From contig CAYNWA010000011.1 of NCBI GenBank assembly GCA_964400795.1, positions 26,374-87,578 on the forward strand: a DNA stretch of 61,205 bases, given 5' to 3'. Each line of letters opens with the position of its first letter. The first letter of the stretch is position 1. Both the position numbers and the translations under genes were made by a program. Shown piece after piece: positions 1 through 10,319 of the stretch. Source of the stretch: an uncultured Smithella sp. (GTDB taxonomy: Bacteria; Desulfobacterota; Syntrophia; Syntrophales; Smithellaceae). The notes beneath the pieces are model-generated. The model ran no database searches. It was not told the origin of the DNA and was given only the letters and a program-made list of their open reading frames with translations.

Positions 1-55
1 CGTCGGAACGACAATCACTGTAACAAATCTAGAATGCCTTCTGTTAATAAATTTT

Positions 56-1105
56 TTAATTTTTCTTGTTGCTTCGAAACTCTGCTAAAAGACTTTTAAC
101 ATAGTCCAAGTCAGCTTTTGAGTAATATCCCTTTCCCGCAAATTCATCTCCAACAGGAAGGACTCTCTGTTTAAAAGCATCAATTTCCGCCGGCGTCATT
201 TTAACTTCTTTCATGCCGTGTTTATACATGGCTGCAATGCCCTTTTCGTTAATTTTGCGGATTTCCTCCCTAAACTCCTTCTCTATTGATCGTAAGTAAT
301 TATCAATTGCATCTTGATCTTCCTTGGAAAGTTTGTTCCAAGCTTTTAACGATACAATACCGCCTGCCGGTGAATATCGTATGCGAAGAGGATTAAGGTA
401 TTGCATGGCATTATAGAGCTGAGCGCTGACCGCCCAGATCGCCGGGCTGATAAGAGCATCGCATACCCCTGTACGAACTGCAGAAGATATCTCCGTAGGG
501 CTAATGGGGATGGGACTGGTACCTAAAGCCTTTAGAGTCTTTTCTTCCATGGGACCATACCATGTTTGAAAACGACTTTTCTTGATATCATCAAAAGTCC
601 TGATTTCGTGCTTTGTGGAATAAATTTGATCAAAGCCCTGTTCTGCCAGAAGAACAAGGTGATAGCCTCTTTTTTCGAACCACTCATTAATACGGGGTCT
701 CATAATAGAATAAACATATTCAACTTCTTCATAATTATTAAATAAAAACGGAATTTCAAACAATGACATCTCGGGACAAAGCATCACCATTCCCCTTCCG
801 GAAAATCCGCCTCCCTGCAACTGCCCGTTGATCATTTTGGCCAATATCTGCTGTTCTTCTCCCATCTGAGCGCCGTAATACCAGTCCAAAGAAGCCCTGC
901 CATTTGTTGCCTTCGCTATCCCCGGATTAATAACATCGTTTATTAAAGCAGACCATCCCATATGGGCGGGCGCTATTGTCCCCATCTTAAAAACGTTTTT
1001 TGTTTGCTTAACATTTTCAGCTCCCCTTGCTTCCTGAGATAACACCGTCCCCATAAAAAACACAACAACGCCTAAGCAAAGAAGCTTTATTATATTGCGG
1101 CTCAT
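56..1105 (-). CDS. dctP: TRAP transporter substrate-binding protein, DctP family (TatP/TPAT-like)
   Basis: Signal peptide, then FKMGTIAPxxxGW, GAQMGEE, ELPF-like EIPFLF and EQGF motifs. Start moved from 1138 to the ATG at 1105, which has a GGAG RBS. Confidence 0.85.
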   Translation of the reverse strand: MSRNIIKLLCLGVVVFFMGTVLSQEARGAENVKQTKNVFKMGTIAPAHMGWSALINDVINPGIAKATNGRASLDWYYGAQMGEEQQILAKMINGQLQGGGFSGRGMVMLCPEMSLFEIPFLFNNYEEVEYVYSIMRPRINEWFEKRGYHLVLLAEQGFDQIYSTKHEIRTFDDIKKSRFQTWYGPMEEKTLKALGTSPIPISPTEISSAVRTGVCDALISPAIWAVSAQLYNAMQYLNPLRIRYSPAGGIVSLKAWNKLSKEDQDAIDNYLRSIEKEFREEIRKINEKGIAAMYKHGMKEVKMTPAEIDAFKQRVLPVGDEFAGKGYYSKADLDYVKSLLAEFRSNKKN

Positions 1106-1565
1106 AAAAATCTCCTTTCTGAGTACTTTAAAAGTCAATTATGAACGTAGTTTTTCCTTATTATATGCATATATCATAACATTATTATTTTGTTTTAAAA
1201 GAAAAAAATTCGAAGAAGATAATTTTATGTTTTGCTGCGACAAAAAACTTGTGATCGACATGCGCTGCTTCTCTATGCTTACGATATTTTACCCTATAAT
1301 TCTTATTAGACAATGATCAGCAATTCATTGTATAAAAAATATTATAATACAAGAAATAATATGAATATCAACAGGATTTTATTTACCAAAGAGTAAATAA
1401 CCATAAGCGCCACGCTCAATCTTCGGCACGCAACATTTACTCATTGGCAAATATAAAATTTTAAATTAAGCTTTAAACCATCGAAATAATATTCTTAACA
1501 ACTTCAGATCAGTACCATTAATTCATAAATGAAACTTTATAAGGAAACTAAATACTAATATAAAG

Positions 1566-3068
1566 ATGGGAATATTAAAATACACTTTAACAATATTCTT
1601 ATTATTGTTCTTTACCGGATTTTCATCAATTGCTTTTTCGGCAAATGATGCGCCCATGGATTTAATCGATGTTCAGATTAAAGCGAATCCGGGTAAAAGT
1701 GGCGTTTATGTGCTGGATACCGGAACAGAAGCCCTTCTGGCCAGGGCTTGGCTGGCGGACAACGCCCGGCAATCGATTGCTATCCAGTATTTTATCTGGA
1801 GCACGGATAACATCGGCATTCTGGCAGCGGAAGCATTACTGCGGGCGGCCCAGCGCGGCGTTCGGGTGCGGGTCATTGTGGATGACTTGCTGATCGACGC
1901 GCCGGACAAATCACTGCTCGCCCTGAGTCGACATCCGAATATCGAGATCCGCATCTATAATCCCAAACTATCTGTCGGTGTTCCTCTGCAAACCCGTCTT
2001 TTAAATGTGCTGACCCGTTTTCGGGGGGTCAATCAGCGCATGCATAACAAGGTTGTGGTTGTTGACGGAAAGATTGCCATCACCGGTGGACGGAACATGG
2101 CCGCCGAATATTATGACTATAATCATGAGTATAATTTCCGGGACAGAGACGTGCTGATGCTTGGCGAAACGGTCAAAACGATTCAGGCAAGCTTTGCAGA
2201 TTACTGGAACAGTGATCTGACCGTCAACGTTGAAGATCGCTTTAACGGCTGGGGCTTGATGAAGAAAAATGTCAATATTGATGAAAAGGACATCCAAAAA
2301 ATCTATCGCGACTTGCATACGTACGCGAAAATGCCGGAAAACTTTGCACCGGAAGTGAGGGCGGCCATCAATGATGTACCGACATCCTTTGCTACACTTG
2401 CACAGCAGATCATCTGGGGGCAGGTTGATTTCATCAGTGACCGGCCCGGCAAGAATAACCGTACCCTTTCTCTCGGAGGCGGCGGACAGGCTACACTGGA
2501 ACTGGCAAAACTGGTCGAAAAGGCAAAAAAGAGCATTGTCATCCAGTCGCCTTATCTGGTGCTTTCAGATGAAGCGATAGAATTATTCCGCAAATGCATT
2601 GCGCGCGGCGTAACGGTTCGCATCAATACCAATTCACTGGCTTCCACGGATAACCTCCAGGCGTTCAGTGGATACAGGAACCAGCGCAAACGGCTGCTGG
2701 ACATGGGTATTCATATCTACGAATGCAAACCCCAGCCGGATATTCAGCAAAAGCTCATGCAAAATTTTCCGGCGGCCAAGGGGACGCCCATTTTTTCACT
2801 GCATGCCAAGACGATGGTGATTGACAAAGAGATTGTCTTTATCGGAACCTTTAATTTAGATCCCCGTTCCGAGAATTTGAATACGGAAGCCGGAGCGATC
2901 ATTCACAACAGTGAACTCGCGCGTAAAATTAACGACCTGATTGAAATCGACATGGCGCCGGGTAACAGCTGGGATAGCGCCGAGGACGACCCTGATCAAT
3001 ACAGCTCGTTTGTCAAGCTCAACAAGGTAAGACTGTATCAAATGATGCCCATCAAACCGCTTCTTTGA
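1566..3068 (+). CDS. Exported phospholipase D family protein (ClsC/YmdC-like)
   Basis: Two HKD motifs (HNKVVVVD, HAKTMVID), GGRN and GTFNLDPRS. N-terminal signal peptide. Confidence 0.9.
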   Translation: MGILKYTLTIFLLLFFTGFSSIAFSANDAPMDLIDVQIKANPGKSGVYVLDTGTEALLARAWLADNARQSIAIQYFIWSTDNIGILAAEALLRAAQRGVRVRVIVDDLLIDAPDKSLLALSRHPNIEIRIYNPKLSVGVPLQTRLLNVLTRFRGVNQRMHNKVVVVDGKIAITGGRNMAAEYYDYNHEYNFRDRDVLMLGETVKTIQASFADYWNSDLTVNVEDRFNGWGLMKKNVNIDEKDIQKIYRDLHTYAKMPENFAPEVRAAINDVPTSFATLAQQIIWGQVDFISDRPGKNNRTLSLGGGGQATLELAKLVEKAKKSIVIQSPYLVLSDEAIELFRKCIARGVTVRINTNSLASTDNLQAFSGYRNQRKRLLDMGIHIYECKPQPDIQQKLMQNFPAAKGTPIFSLHAKTMVIDKEIVFIGTFNLDPRSENLNTEAGAIIHNSELARKINDLIEIDMAPGNSWDSAEDDPDQYSSFVKLNKVRLYQMMPIKPLL

Positions 3069-3297
3069 AGTAAAATGAGAATATTTTTCATAATGTACAA
3101 TATATTTCATCCAATCAAGAAATTGCAGCAATGATTCTTCCTGAAGTCAACAATCCAGATGACCACTCAAAATAATAACTCCTTTAACATAGGCTCCTTT
3201 CTAGCACAATTCTTAACCTTTCGCTGCATATCCGGCATTGACAGTAGCACTCTCTATATGAAATAAAGCATTCCTAAAAATCTTCTGGAGAAAAGAT

Positions 3298-6200
3298 TTG
3301 CAAAGCATCAGGCAAGATATTCGGCAAATCAGGCATAATCTTGATTCTGTCATGATTGCCGATTATTATCGTATATTCCGTCAGCTCAAAGGCCTCGAAG
3401 AGCATAAAATCAAGGATGGAAGATCCGCTTTAGGAACATTAAACCATCTGAAAAGAATAGCGGACCTTTCCGCCAACCGTTATCATAGCCGGAAGCAGAA
3501 TGTTCCCGCGGTAAGATTTTCACAAAACCTGCCGATCATTGCCAAAAAAAGAGAGATTGTTGAATGCATTCACAAGCATCAGGTCACGATCATTACCGGC
3601 GAGACCGGATCGGGAAAGACAACGCAGATTCCGAAGATGTGTCTTGCTGCCGGTCTAGGTCTGCGGGGCATGATCGGTCTGACCCAGCCCAGGCGGATTG
3701 CGGCTATCAGCATTGCCCAGCGCATTGCCTCGGAACTGGGCGAGGAGTGCGGCCAGTCGATCGCCTACAAAATCCGTTTTGAAGAAAAAAGCTCCTCCGA
3801 GCCTTTCATTAAAGTCATGACGGACGGCATTCTGCTAACGGAAACGGTCAAAGACAGGGACTTGCTGGCTTATGATACCATCATTGTCGATGAAGCCCAC
3901 GAACGCAGCCTGAATATTGATTTTATTCTGGGCTATCTGCGAACCCTGCTTGCCAGAAGAAAAGATTTGAAAGTTATCATTACGTCGGCAACCATCGATA
4001 CGGAAAAATTTTCCGAAGCGTTCAACAAGGCGCCGATCATCAAGGTTTCCGGCCGGATGTATCCGGTAGAGGTTCGTTACCGGCCGCTTGATCCAGAAAA
4101 AGAAGAAAAGGGCGAGACAACCTACATTGATGAAGCCGTGGTCTGCGTGGAACAGTTGCAGCGGGAACGGCGCTACGAAGATATTTTGATTTTCATGCCG
4201 ACCGAGCAGGACATCCGCGAAACCTGCGGACTGCTGGCTAAAAAATGTTCAGGTCTTGTTCTTCCTCTTTATGCACGATTATCCGGATCTCAGCAGAGAC
4301 TTATCTTCGCCGCCGCAGAAAAGCAGAAAATTATTGTGGCCACCAATATCGCCGAAACGTCGCTGACGATTCCCGGAATCAAATATGTGATTGACGCTGG
4401 ACTGGCGCGAATCCTGGAATACAATCCCCGCAGCCAGACGACCGGTCTGCCGATCAAACCGGTTTCCGCCAGCAGCGCCGAACAGCGAAAAGGACGCTGC
4501 GGCCGCGTGCAAAACGGCATCTGCATCCGGCTTTATTCGCAGGAGGAGTTTTTCCAAAAGCCTCTTTACACGCTGCCGGAAATTATGCGTTCCAATCTGG
4601 CTGGCGTCATTTTGCGGATGCTGGAGCTTAATCTTGGCGCAGTCACGTCCTTTCCGTTTATTGACAAGCCGCAACCCAAAAGTATGCGCGATGGTCTTGA
4701 TATCCTGCGCGATCTGGGAGCGCTGACCAAAGATGATCGTGCTGAAGAAACAAACCTTTATAAGCTGACGGATACCGGCTGGAAGATGGCGGCGTTTCCG
4801 CTTGATCCCCGGGCATCCCGAATGCTGATTGAAGCGCAGAAGGAAAACTGCGTCAACGAAATCGCCGTTATTGCCGCCGCCTTAAGCATTCAGGACCCGC
4901 GTGAACGTCCCTACGATAAAGCCGACGAGGCATCCAAAGCCCACGCGCAGTTCGCGCATCCGGAGTCGGACTTTTTAACCTATCTCAATATCTGGAACCG
5001 CTATCACGGATCACTGGAGAGCCTGCCGACGCAAAGCAAGCAAAGAAAATTCTGCCGCGATCATTTTCTTTCCTACAAGAGAATGATTGAATGGCGGGAC
5101 ATCTATCACCAGATCATGGACATTATCGACGGGAAGAACAAAACGGCAAAACAGAAGAAACATCACAAGATTGAAATTAATCAGGACATTTCCGACAGAA
5201 TTCACCGCTGTATTTTGAGCGGGTATCTTTCCAACATTGCCCGGAAGAAAGAGAAGAACTTTTACAACGCCGCCAAAAGCAGAGAGGTGATGATCTTTCC
5301 CGGCTCCGGCCTGTTCAATAAAGCAGGTCAATGGATCGTGGCCGGAGAAATCAGCCTCACCTCGCGGGTCTTCGCCCGCAATGTCGCCAATATCCAGAGC
5401 GATTGGCTGGAGAAACTGGGCGGTGAAAACTGTCGCTACACATATACCGCCGCTCACTGGGAAAAAAGCCGCGGGCAGGTGGTTGCTCTGGAGAAGGTAA
5501 CACTTTTCGGCTTAACGATCGTGGAAAGTCGCCCCGTTGCTTATGAAAGAATCACTCCGGAAGAAGCCAAATCCATATTCATCCGCGAAGCTCTTGTGCC
5601 CGGCGAAGTCGCCCGACGGATTCCTTTTCTCGAACACAATCTATCTTTATACGATAAAGTCAGAACCATGGAAGAAAAGCTGCGCCGGCGCGGCATTGTC
5701 GCCAACGAAGACACGATCGCCGACCTTTACGACCAACGGCTGCCGGTATTATCCGATATCCGGTCTCTGATGAATCTCATCCGGGAAAAAGGCAGCGATG
5801 AATTTCTGCGTTTTTGTGAAGAGGACTTAGTTGCCCATGAACCGGATGAAGAAGAAATGTCGCAGTATCCTGATCAGATAAAGTTGAAAGATGCGTCTTT
5901 GCGCTGTACCTATAATTTTGAGCCGGGCAAACGTGAGGATGGTGTAACGGTCAAGGTTCCGCTGGGACTGGTTTCCAGCGCGGCTAGGGAAAACATCGAC
6001 CGCTACCTGCCTTCCCTGCTGAAAGAAAAGGCCGTTCATTTATTAAAGACCCTGCCCAAATCATTGCGTCAGAGAATTCCATCGCCTGCCCAGGCCGCAC
6101 AGTTATTGCTGGGAGACAAATCCTATTTAAACAAACCTCTGCCACAGGCCTTGAGTGAATTGCTGCGCGATAAATACAAGATAACGGTTCCCCGCGATGC

Positions 6201-7371
6201 CTGGGCTGTGGAAAAACTGCCGGATTATCTGAATATCCGCTACAGTGTAATTGATGAAAAAGGAAAGGAGATTGGTAGCAGTCGGGACATTAGTCTTTTA
6301 CAAAAAGACCTTGCCGAAACGGTCAACACATCGGCTTTGGATAAAATCAGATGCGATTGGGAGAAGGAAGGAATCACCGGTTGGGATTTCGGTGAATTGC
6401 CGCAGCAGATTCCTCTTCAGGGAACGCACGGTTTGATCGGCTATGCCTATCCGGCACTTACTGTCAGCGATGATTCCATTGATCTGCGGCTTTTCACCGA
6501 CGAAAAACAAAGTGTCTTCCATCAGCTGCACGGTATTGCGGCGCTCTACGACATTCACTTCGCCGATAAAATGAAACAACTAAAAAAGAATGTCGCCCTG
6601 ACTGGCTCGATGAAGATCATCGCTGCCAGCATCGGCCCTCCCAAGCAACTGGAACAATCCATTATCAACCGGGTGAAGAAGGATTTGTTTTTCAAACCGT
6701 GGCGAAGACAGGAAGAGTTTATCGCGCATGCCGATTATCTAAATTCCAAAATTCTGCCTTACGGCCAACAGGTACTGACATCAATAGAACCCGTCTTGAA
6801 AGCCTTTGACGATACCTGCATCGTTATCAGCAAACTGATGACGAGAAATAAAGGCCATAATCCTGTTTTGAATTTTCTTAAAGAAACACGAGCAGAATTG
6901 CAAAGCCTTGTCCCCGTCGATTTTCCCGAACTCTACACCTTTGAACGGATGAAGGAAATCCCGCGTTACTGCAAGGCGCTTGCTCTACGGGCTGAACGGG
7001 GTAGCTTGAATCTTTCCGCCGCGCAAAGGAAAATGCAGGACGTTTTAATTTATTCGCAAAAACTGCAGCAGATGGTAAATGACCTTGTTCAGCCAAGTCT
7101 TTTTGACTTGGCTGGCGGTAAAAATATTCATTCGTGTCCAAAAGACTCGACTGAACCTATGGTAATCGTAAATGTTGGAATTAAGGAAATCACACAGTAT
7201 AAAGAGGACATATCAAGTGATTCTCCGGAAGAAAAGAATACATTGGTGGAAGAATTCTTTTGGATGATTGAAGAATACAAGGTCTCTCTGTTCGCCCAGG
7301 AACTCAAAACCCCCCACCCTGTTTCACCGAAAAAATTGAATCAGTTGATTGAAAAGATTGAAGACCTTTAG
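3298..7371 (+). CDS. hrpA: ATP-dependent RNA helicase HrpA
   Basis: GETGSGKTTQ, DEAH, SAT, QRKGRCGR and C-terminal WMIEEYKVSLFAQEL; 1357 aa. Confidence 0.95.
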   Translation: MQSIRQDIRQIRHNLDSVMIADYYRIFRQLKGLEEHKIKDGRSALGTLNHLKRIADLSANRYHSRKQNVPAVRFSQNLPIIAKKREIVECIHKHQVTIITGETGSGKTTQIPKMCLAAGLGLRGMIGLTQPRRIAAISIAQRIASELGEECGQSIAYKIRFEEKSSSEPFIKVMTDGILLTETVKDRDLLAYDTIIVDEAHERSLNIDFILGYLRTLLARRKDLKVIITSATIDTEKFSEAFNKAPIIKVSGRMYPVEVRYRPLDPEKEEKGETTYIDEAVVCVEQLQRERRYEDILIFMPTEQDIRETCGLLAKKCSGLVLPLYARLSGSQQRLIFAAAEKQKIIVATNIAETSLTIPGIKYVIDAGLARILEYNPRSQTTGLPIKPVSASSAEQRKGRCGRVQNGICIRLYSQEEFFQKPLYTLPEIMRSNLAGVILRMLELNLGAVTSFPFIDKPQPKSMRDGLDILRDLGALTKDDRAEETNLYKLTDTGWKMAAFPLDPRASRMLIEAQKENCVNEIAVIAAALSIQDPRERPYDKADEASKAHAQFAHPESDFLTYLNIWNRYHGSLESLPTQSKQRKFCRDHFLSYKRMIEWRDIYHQIMDIIDGKNKTAKQKKHHKIEINQDISDRIHRCILSGYLSNIARKKEKNFYNAAKSREVMIFPGSGLFNKAGQWIVAGEISLTSRVFARNVANIQSDWLEKLGGENCRYTYTAAHWEKSRGQVVALEKVTLFGLTIVESRPVAYERITPEEAKSIFIREALVPGEVARRIPFLEHNLSLYDKVRTMEEKLRRRGIVANEDTIADLYDQRLPVLSDIRSLMNLIREKGSDEFLRFCEEDLVAHEPDEEEMSQYPDQIKLKDASLRCTYNFEPGKREDGVTVKVPLGLVSSAARENIDRYLPSLLKEKAVHLLKTLPKSLRQRIPSPAQAAQLLLGDKSYLNKPLPQALSELLRDKYKITVPRDAWAVEKLPDYLNIRYSVIDEKGKEIGSSRDISLLQKDLAETVNTSALDKIRCDWEKEGITGWDFGELPQQIPLQGTHGLIGYAYPALTVSDDSIDLRLFTDEKQSVFHQLHGIAALYDIHFADKMKQLKKNVALTGSMKIIAASIGPPKQLEQSIINRVKKDLFFKPWRRQEEFIAHADYLNSKILPYGQQVLTSIEPVLKAFDDTCIVISKLMTRNKGHNPVLNFLKETRAELQSLVPVDFPELYTFERMKEIPRYCKALALRAERGSLNLSAAQRKMQDVLIYSQKLQQMVNDLVQPSLFDLAGGKNIHSCPKDSTEPMVIVNVGIKEITQYKEDISSDSPEEKNTLVEEFFWMIEEYKVSLFAQELKTPHPVSPKKLNQLIEKIEDL
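7087..7156. repeat. Palindromic repeat element inside the hrpA coding sequence
   Basis: CAGCCAAGTC-TTTTT-GACTTGGCTG perfect 10-bp hairpin (7090-7114). 7087-7103 and 7140-7156 form a 15/17 inverted repeat. Confidence 0.8.
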
Positions 7372-7390
7372 GACATATTCTTGTGTCGTT

Positions 7391-7443
7391 TTCAGTCAGG
7401 TTTTTTTGACCTCTCGTTCATCCAATTCTTTTTGACATGGCTG
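7391..7443. repeat. Two further copies of the same 28-bp palindrome family, between convergent hrpA and mnmA
   Basis: 7416-7443 matches 7087-7114 at 25/28. 7391-7410 is a partial copy matching at 17/20. Confidence 0.8.
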
Positions 7444-7468
7444 TCAGCAAGGGGAATATCCTTTAAGT

Positions 7469-8530
7469 TCACTCTAAATGCAAAATCTTATCTATTATTC
7501 CTCCACCGAGAACCCTATCGTGGTCATAAAACACCACGGATTGTCCGGGCGTGATCGCTTCCTGTTCTTCGGCAAATATTACTTTCAATTTTTCTTTCTC
7601 TGTCTTTACTTCGCAAAGCGCCTCTTTTTTCCGGTATCTGATTTTCGCGTGCATTTGCGCGGGCCAGGCTTCTACCAGTATATTGACGCCGGATGCGACA
7701 AGACCTTTACCCATCAAATCTTTCTTGTCTCCCACAACAATGCGATTCTTCACCGGATCAATAGATACAACATACAGAGGCGTGGGATGGCTGATGCCCA
7801 GGCCTCCCCGCTGGCCGATGGTGTGAAAAATAATCCCCCGATGTTGTCCCAGCACTTTTCCGTGAATATCCACAATCGGCCCTGGCTTTATATCCTGTAC
7901 CCGCTCCATAAGAAATTCCTGAGAATTCTTCTGCGTCACAAAACAAATATCCTGACTTTCTTCTTTCACCGCCACCGGCAGTGAGTATTTTTTTGCCAAT
8001 TCTCGCACTTCATCCTTTGTCAGATGCGCAAGGGGAAACAGTATGTTGCCAATCCTTGAATAAGGAATGGAATAAAGAAAATAGGTCTGGTCTTTCCTTT
8101 TGTCTCTGGGCCTTACCAGACAATAGCCGTCTTCACGTTTTTCAATCGCCGCGTAATGGCCGGTTGCCAGAAAATGAAATCCCATCGACAGCGCTTTATC
8201 CAGAAGAGAACCGAATTTCAGATGACGGTTGCAGCGGACGCAGGGATTGGGCGTTCTCCCTTTCCGATATTCGCTGATAAAATCGGTAATGACCTTGTCT
8301 TCAAGTTGACCGGCGTAATCAAAAACATCATGAGGAATCTTGAGATAACTGCAAACTTTTTTTGCGTCGTCAATCGCAGCGGATGTACAGGATCTTTTTC
8401 GGTCTCCTTCAGTCAGCGAGCCAAAATTCATCGTTACACCGGAGACATTGTAGCCCTCATTTTTAAGCAGCAATGCCGCAACGGAAGAATCAATCCCACC
8501 ACTCATCGCCACTAAAACTTTATTGCCCAT
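7469..8530 (-). CDS. mnmA: tRNA 2-thiouridine(34) synthase MnmA
   Basis: AMSGGIDS, NPCVRCN, KDQTYFL, ESQDICF, TIGQR and ITPGQSVVFY. Start moved to the ATG at 8530 (AGAGGA RBS). Confidence 0.95.
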   Translation of the reverse strand: MGNKVLVAMSGGIDSSVAALLLKNEGYNVSGVTMNFGSLTEGDRKRSCTSAAIDDAKKVCSYLKIPHDVFDYAGQLEDKVITDFISEYRKGRTPNPCVRCNRHLKFGSLLDKALSMGFHFLATGHYAAIEKREDGYCLVRPRDKRKDQTYFLYSIPYSRIGNILFPLAHLTKDEVRELAKKYSLPVAVKEESQDICFVTQKNSQEFLMERVQDIKPGPIVDIHGKVLGQHRGIIFHTIGQRGGLGISHPTPLYVVSIDPVKNRIVVGDKKDLMGKGLVASGVNILVEAWPAQMHAKIRYRKKEALCEVKTEKEKLKVIFAEEQEAITPGQSVVFYDHDRVLGGGIIDKILHLE

Positions 8531-8640
8531 TAATCCTCTGGTTATATTAATGCATTCTTTGTACCGGCAGAGTATAAGAATAACGATATTTTGTGTCAAT
8601 AAAATATAAATTTTGACCGGATACTTAAAAGATTTCATGG

Positions 8641-8669
8641 TTGACATATAGTGCTGTTCTTCCTATACT
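8641..8669 (+). promoter_or_regulatory. Sigma70-type promoter for the DUF853 ATPase
   Basis: TTGACA, 17-bp spacer, TATACT. Confidence 0.75.
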
Positions 8670-8709
8670 TTCTCTCACCATAAATAAAACCACCTAACAA
8701 GGAGCCAAT

Positions 8710-10251
8710 ATGACCACACCGCTTGTCATCGCCATGTCGCAAGGGAAGGAAATTACATTACTGCCGCAGATGGCCAACCGCCACGGTTTGATTACCGGCG
8801 CCACCGGCACGGGTAAAACCGTCACGTTGCAAAAAATGGCCGAATCCTTCGCTTCCATCGGCGTTCCTGTTTTTATGGCGGATGTCAAGGGAGACCTTTC
8901 CGGCATCGGCGCGGCGGGTGTCGCTTCGGAAAAACTGCTCAAGCGCCTGGAAGGCATCGGTGTGAAAAATTACACGCCTCGGGCCAACACGACGGTGTTC
9001 TGGGATGTGTACGGTAAATCCGGTCATCCGGTACGCGCCACCATATCCGATATGGGGCCATTGCTTCTGGCGCGTCTGCTTAACCTCAATGACACGCAAT
9101 CCGGTGTTTTGCAGATTGTCTTCAAAATCGCCGACGACAACGGATTGCTGCTGATTGACCTGAAAGATCTGCGGGCCATGGTTCAATTCGTGGGGGACAA
9201 TGCCAAAAAATTCAAGACGGAATACGGAAATATCTCCGCCGCATCCATCGGCGCGATACAACGCGGACTGCTCACGATCGAAGAACAGGGCGGCGATAAA
9301 TTTTTCGGCGAACCGATGCTGGACATTTCGGATCTGATTCAGACGGACAGCGAAGGACGCGGCGTCATGAACATTCTGGCCGCCGATCAGCTCTATAATA
9401 ATCCCAAACTTTATTCGACGTTTCTGCTCTGGATGCTGGCCGAACTGTTTGAGCAGTTGCCGGAAATCGGCGATCCGGAAAAGCCCAAGCTGGTTTTCTT
9501 TTTTGATGAAGCGCATCTTCTTTTCAGCGAAGCGCCCAGGGCACTTCTGGAAAAAATCGAGCAGGTCGTTCGCCTGATTCGTTCCAAGGGCGTGGGTGTA
9601 TACTTTGTTACACAGAATCCGCTGGATATCCCGGATACGGTTCTGGCACAACTGGGCAACCGAGTCCAGCATGCTCTCCGCGCTTTTACGCCGCGTGACC
9701 AGAAAGCGGTGCAAACGGCTGCTTCTACGATGCGCCAGAATCCGGCCTTCGATGCTGAACAGGCCATTACCGAGCTGGGTGTCGGGGAAGCGCTGATTTC
9801 TTTTCTGGATGAAAAAGGACGTCCGAATATTGTCGAGCGATCCAATGTAATCGTTCCTTTCTCGCGCATGGGCGCCATGACACCCAATGAACGCCTGATG
9901 GCCATCAAATCTTCCACGATTTACGAGCATTATGAAAAAACCGTCGATCGTGAATCCGCCTACGAAAAACTGCGTGAAGCCCAACAGGAAGAGGAAGCGC
10001 CCGAAGAAAAACCCGCCATTAAAATGGAGCGGTCCAGGGCTCCGGCAAAGAATGACGAGGAGAAGGACAGCAGAGGCATGGGAGATGCACTCAGCAAAAT
10101 TATTTTCGGTAGCAAAGGTCCTCGCGGAGGACAACGGGAAGGCATGGTGCAGGCCGCAGCCAAAAGCGTGGCGCGCAGCATCGGTTCTTCATTGGGACGC
10201 CAGATTATCCGCGGTGTGCTGGGCTCAATCCTGGGCGGTTCCCGCCGCTGA
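8710..10251 (+). CDS. HerA-like ATPase, DUF853/YjgR family
   Basis: [32 protein letters not shown] and [10 protein letters not shown]. Confidence 0.9.
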   Translation: MTTPLVIAMSQGKEITLLPQMANRHGLITGATGTGKTVTLQKMAESFASIGVPVFMADVKGDLSGIGAAGVASEKLLKRLEGIGVKNYTPRANTTVFWDVYGKSGHPVRATISDMGPLLLARLLNLNDTQSGVLQIVFKIADDNGLLLIDLKDLRAMVQFVGDNAKKFKTEYGNISAASIGAIQRGLLTIEEQGGDKFFGEPMLDISDLIQTDSEGRGVMNILAADQLYNNPKLYSTFLLWMLAELFEQLPEIGDPEKPKLVFFFDEAHLLFSEAPRALLEKIEQVVRLIRSKGVGVYFVTQNPLDIPDTVLAQLGNRVQHALRAFTPRDQKAVQTAASTMRQNPAFDAEQAITELGVGEALISFLDEKGRPNIVERSNVIVPFSRMGAMTPNERLMAIKSSTIYEHYEKTVDRESAYEKLREAQQEEEAPEEKPAIKMERSRAPAKNDEEKDSRGMGDALSKIIFGSKGPRGGQREGMVQAAAKSVARSIGSSLGRQIIRGVLGSILGGSRR

Positions 10252-10319
10252 TCAAGCAACTATGATTGTCTGAACTTTTTTAACAAGATCCTTATCGCAC
10301 TGACAAAAGGTGGTCAGCA

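Noticed and set aside
1095-1316. 73-aa ORF in AT-rich intergenic DNA
   Set aside because: Low-complexity AT-rich sequence with no RBS or motif, overlapping the dctP start region.
8758-10134. 458-aa antisense ORF
   Set aside because: It fully shadows the well-supported DUF853 gene and has no recognisable motifs.
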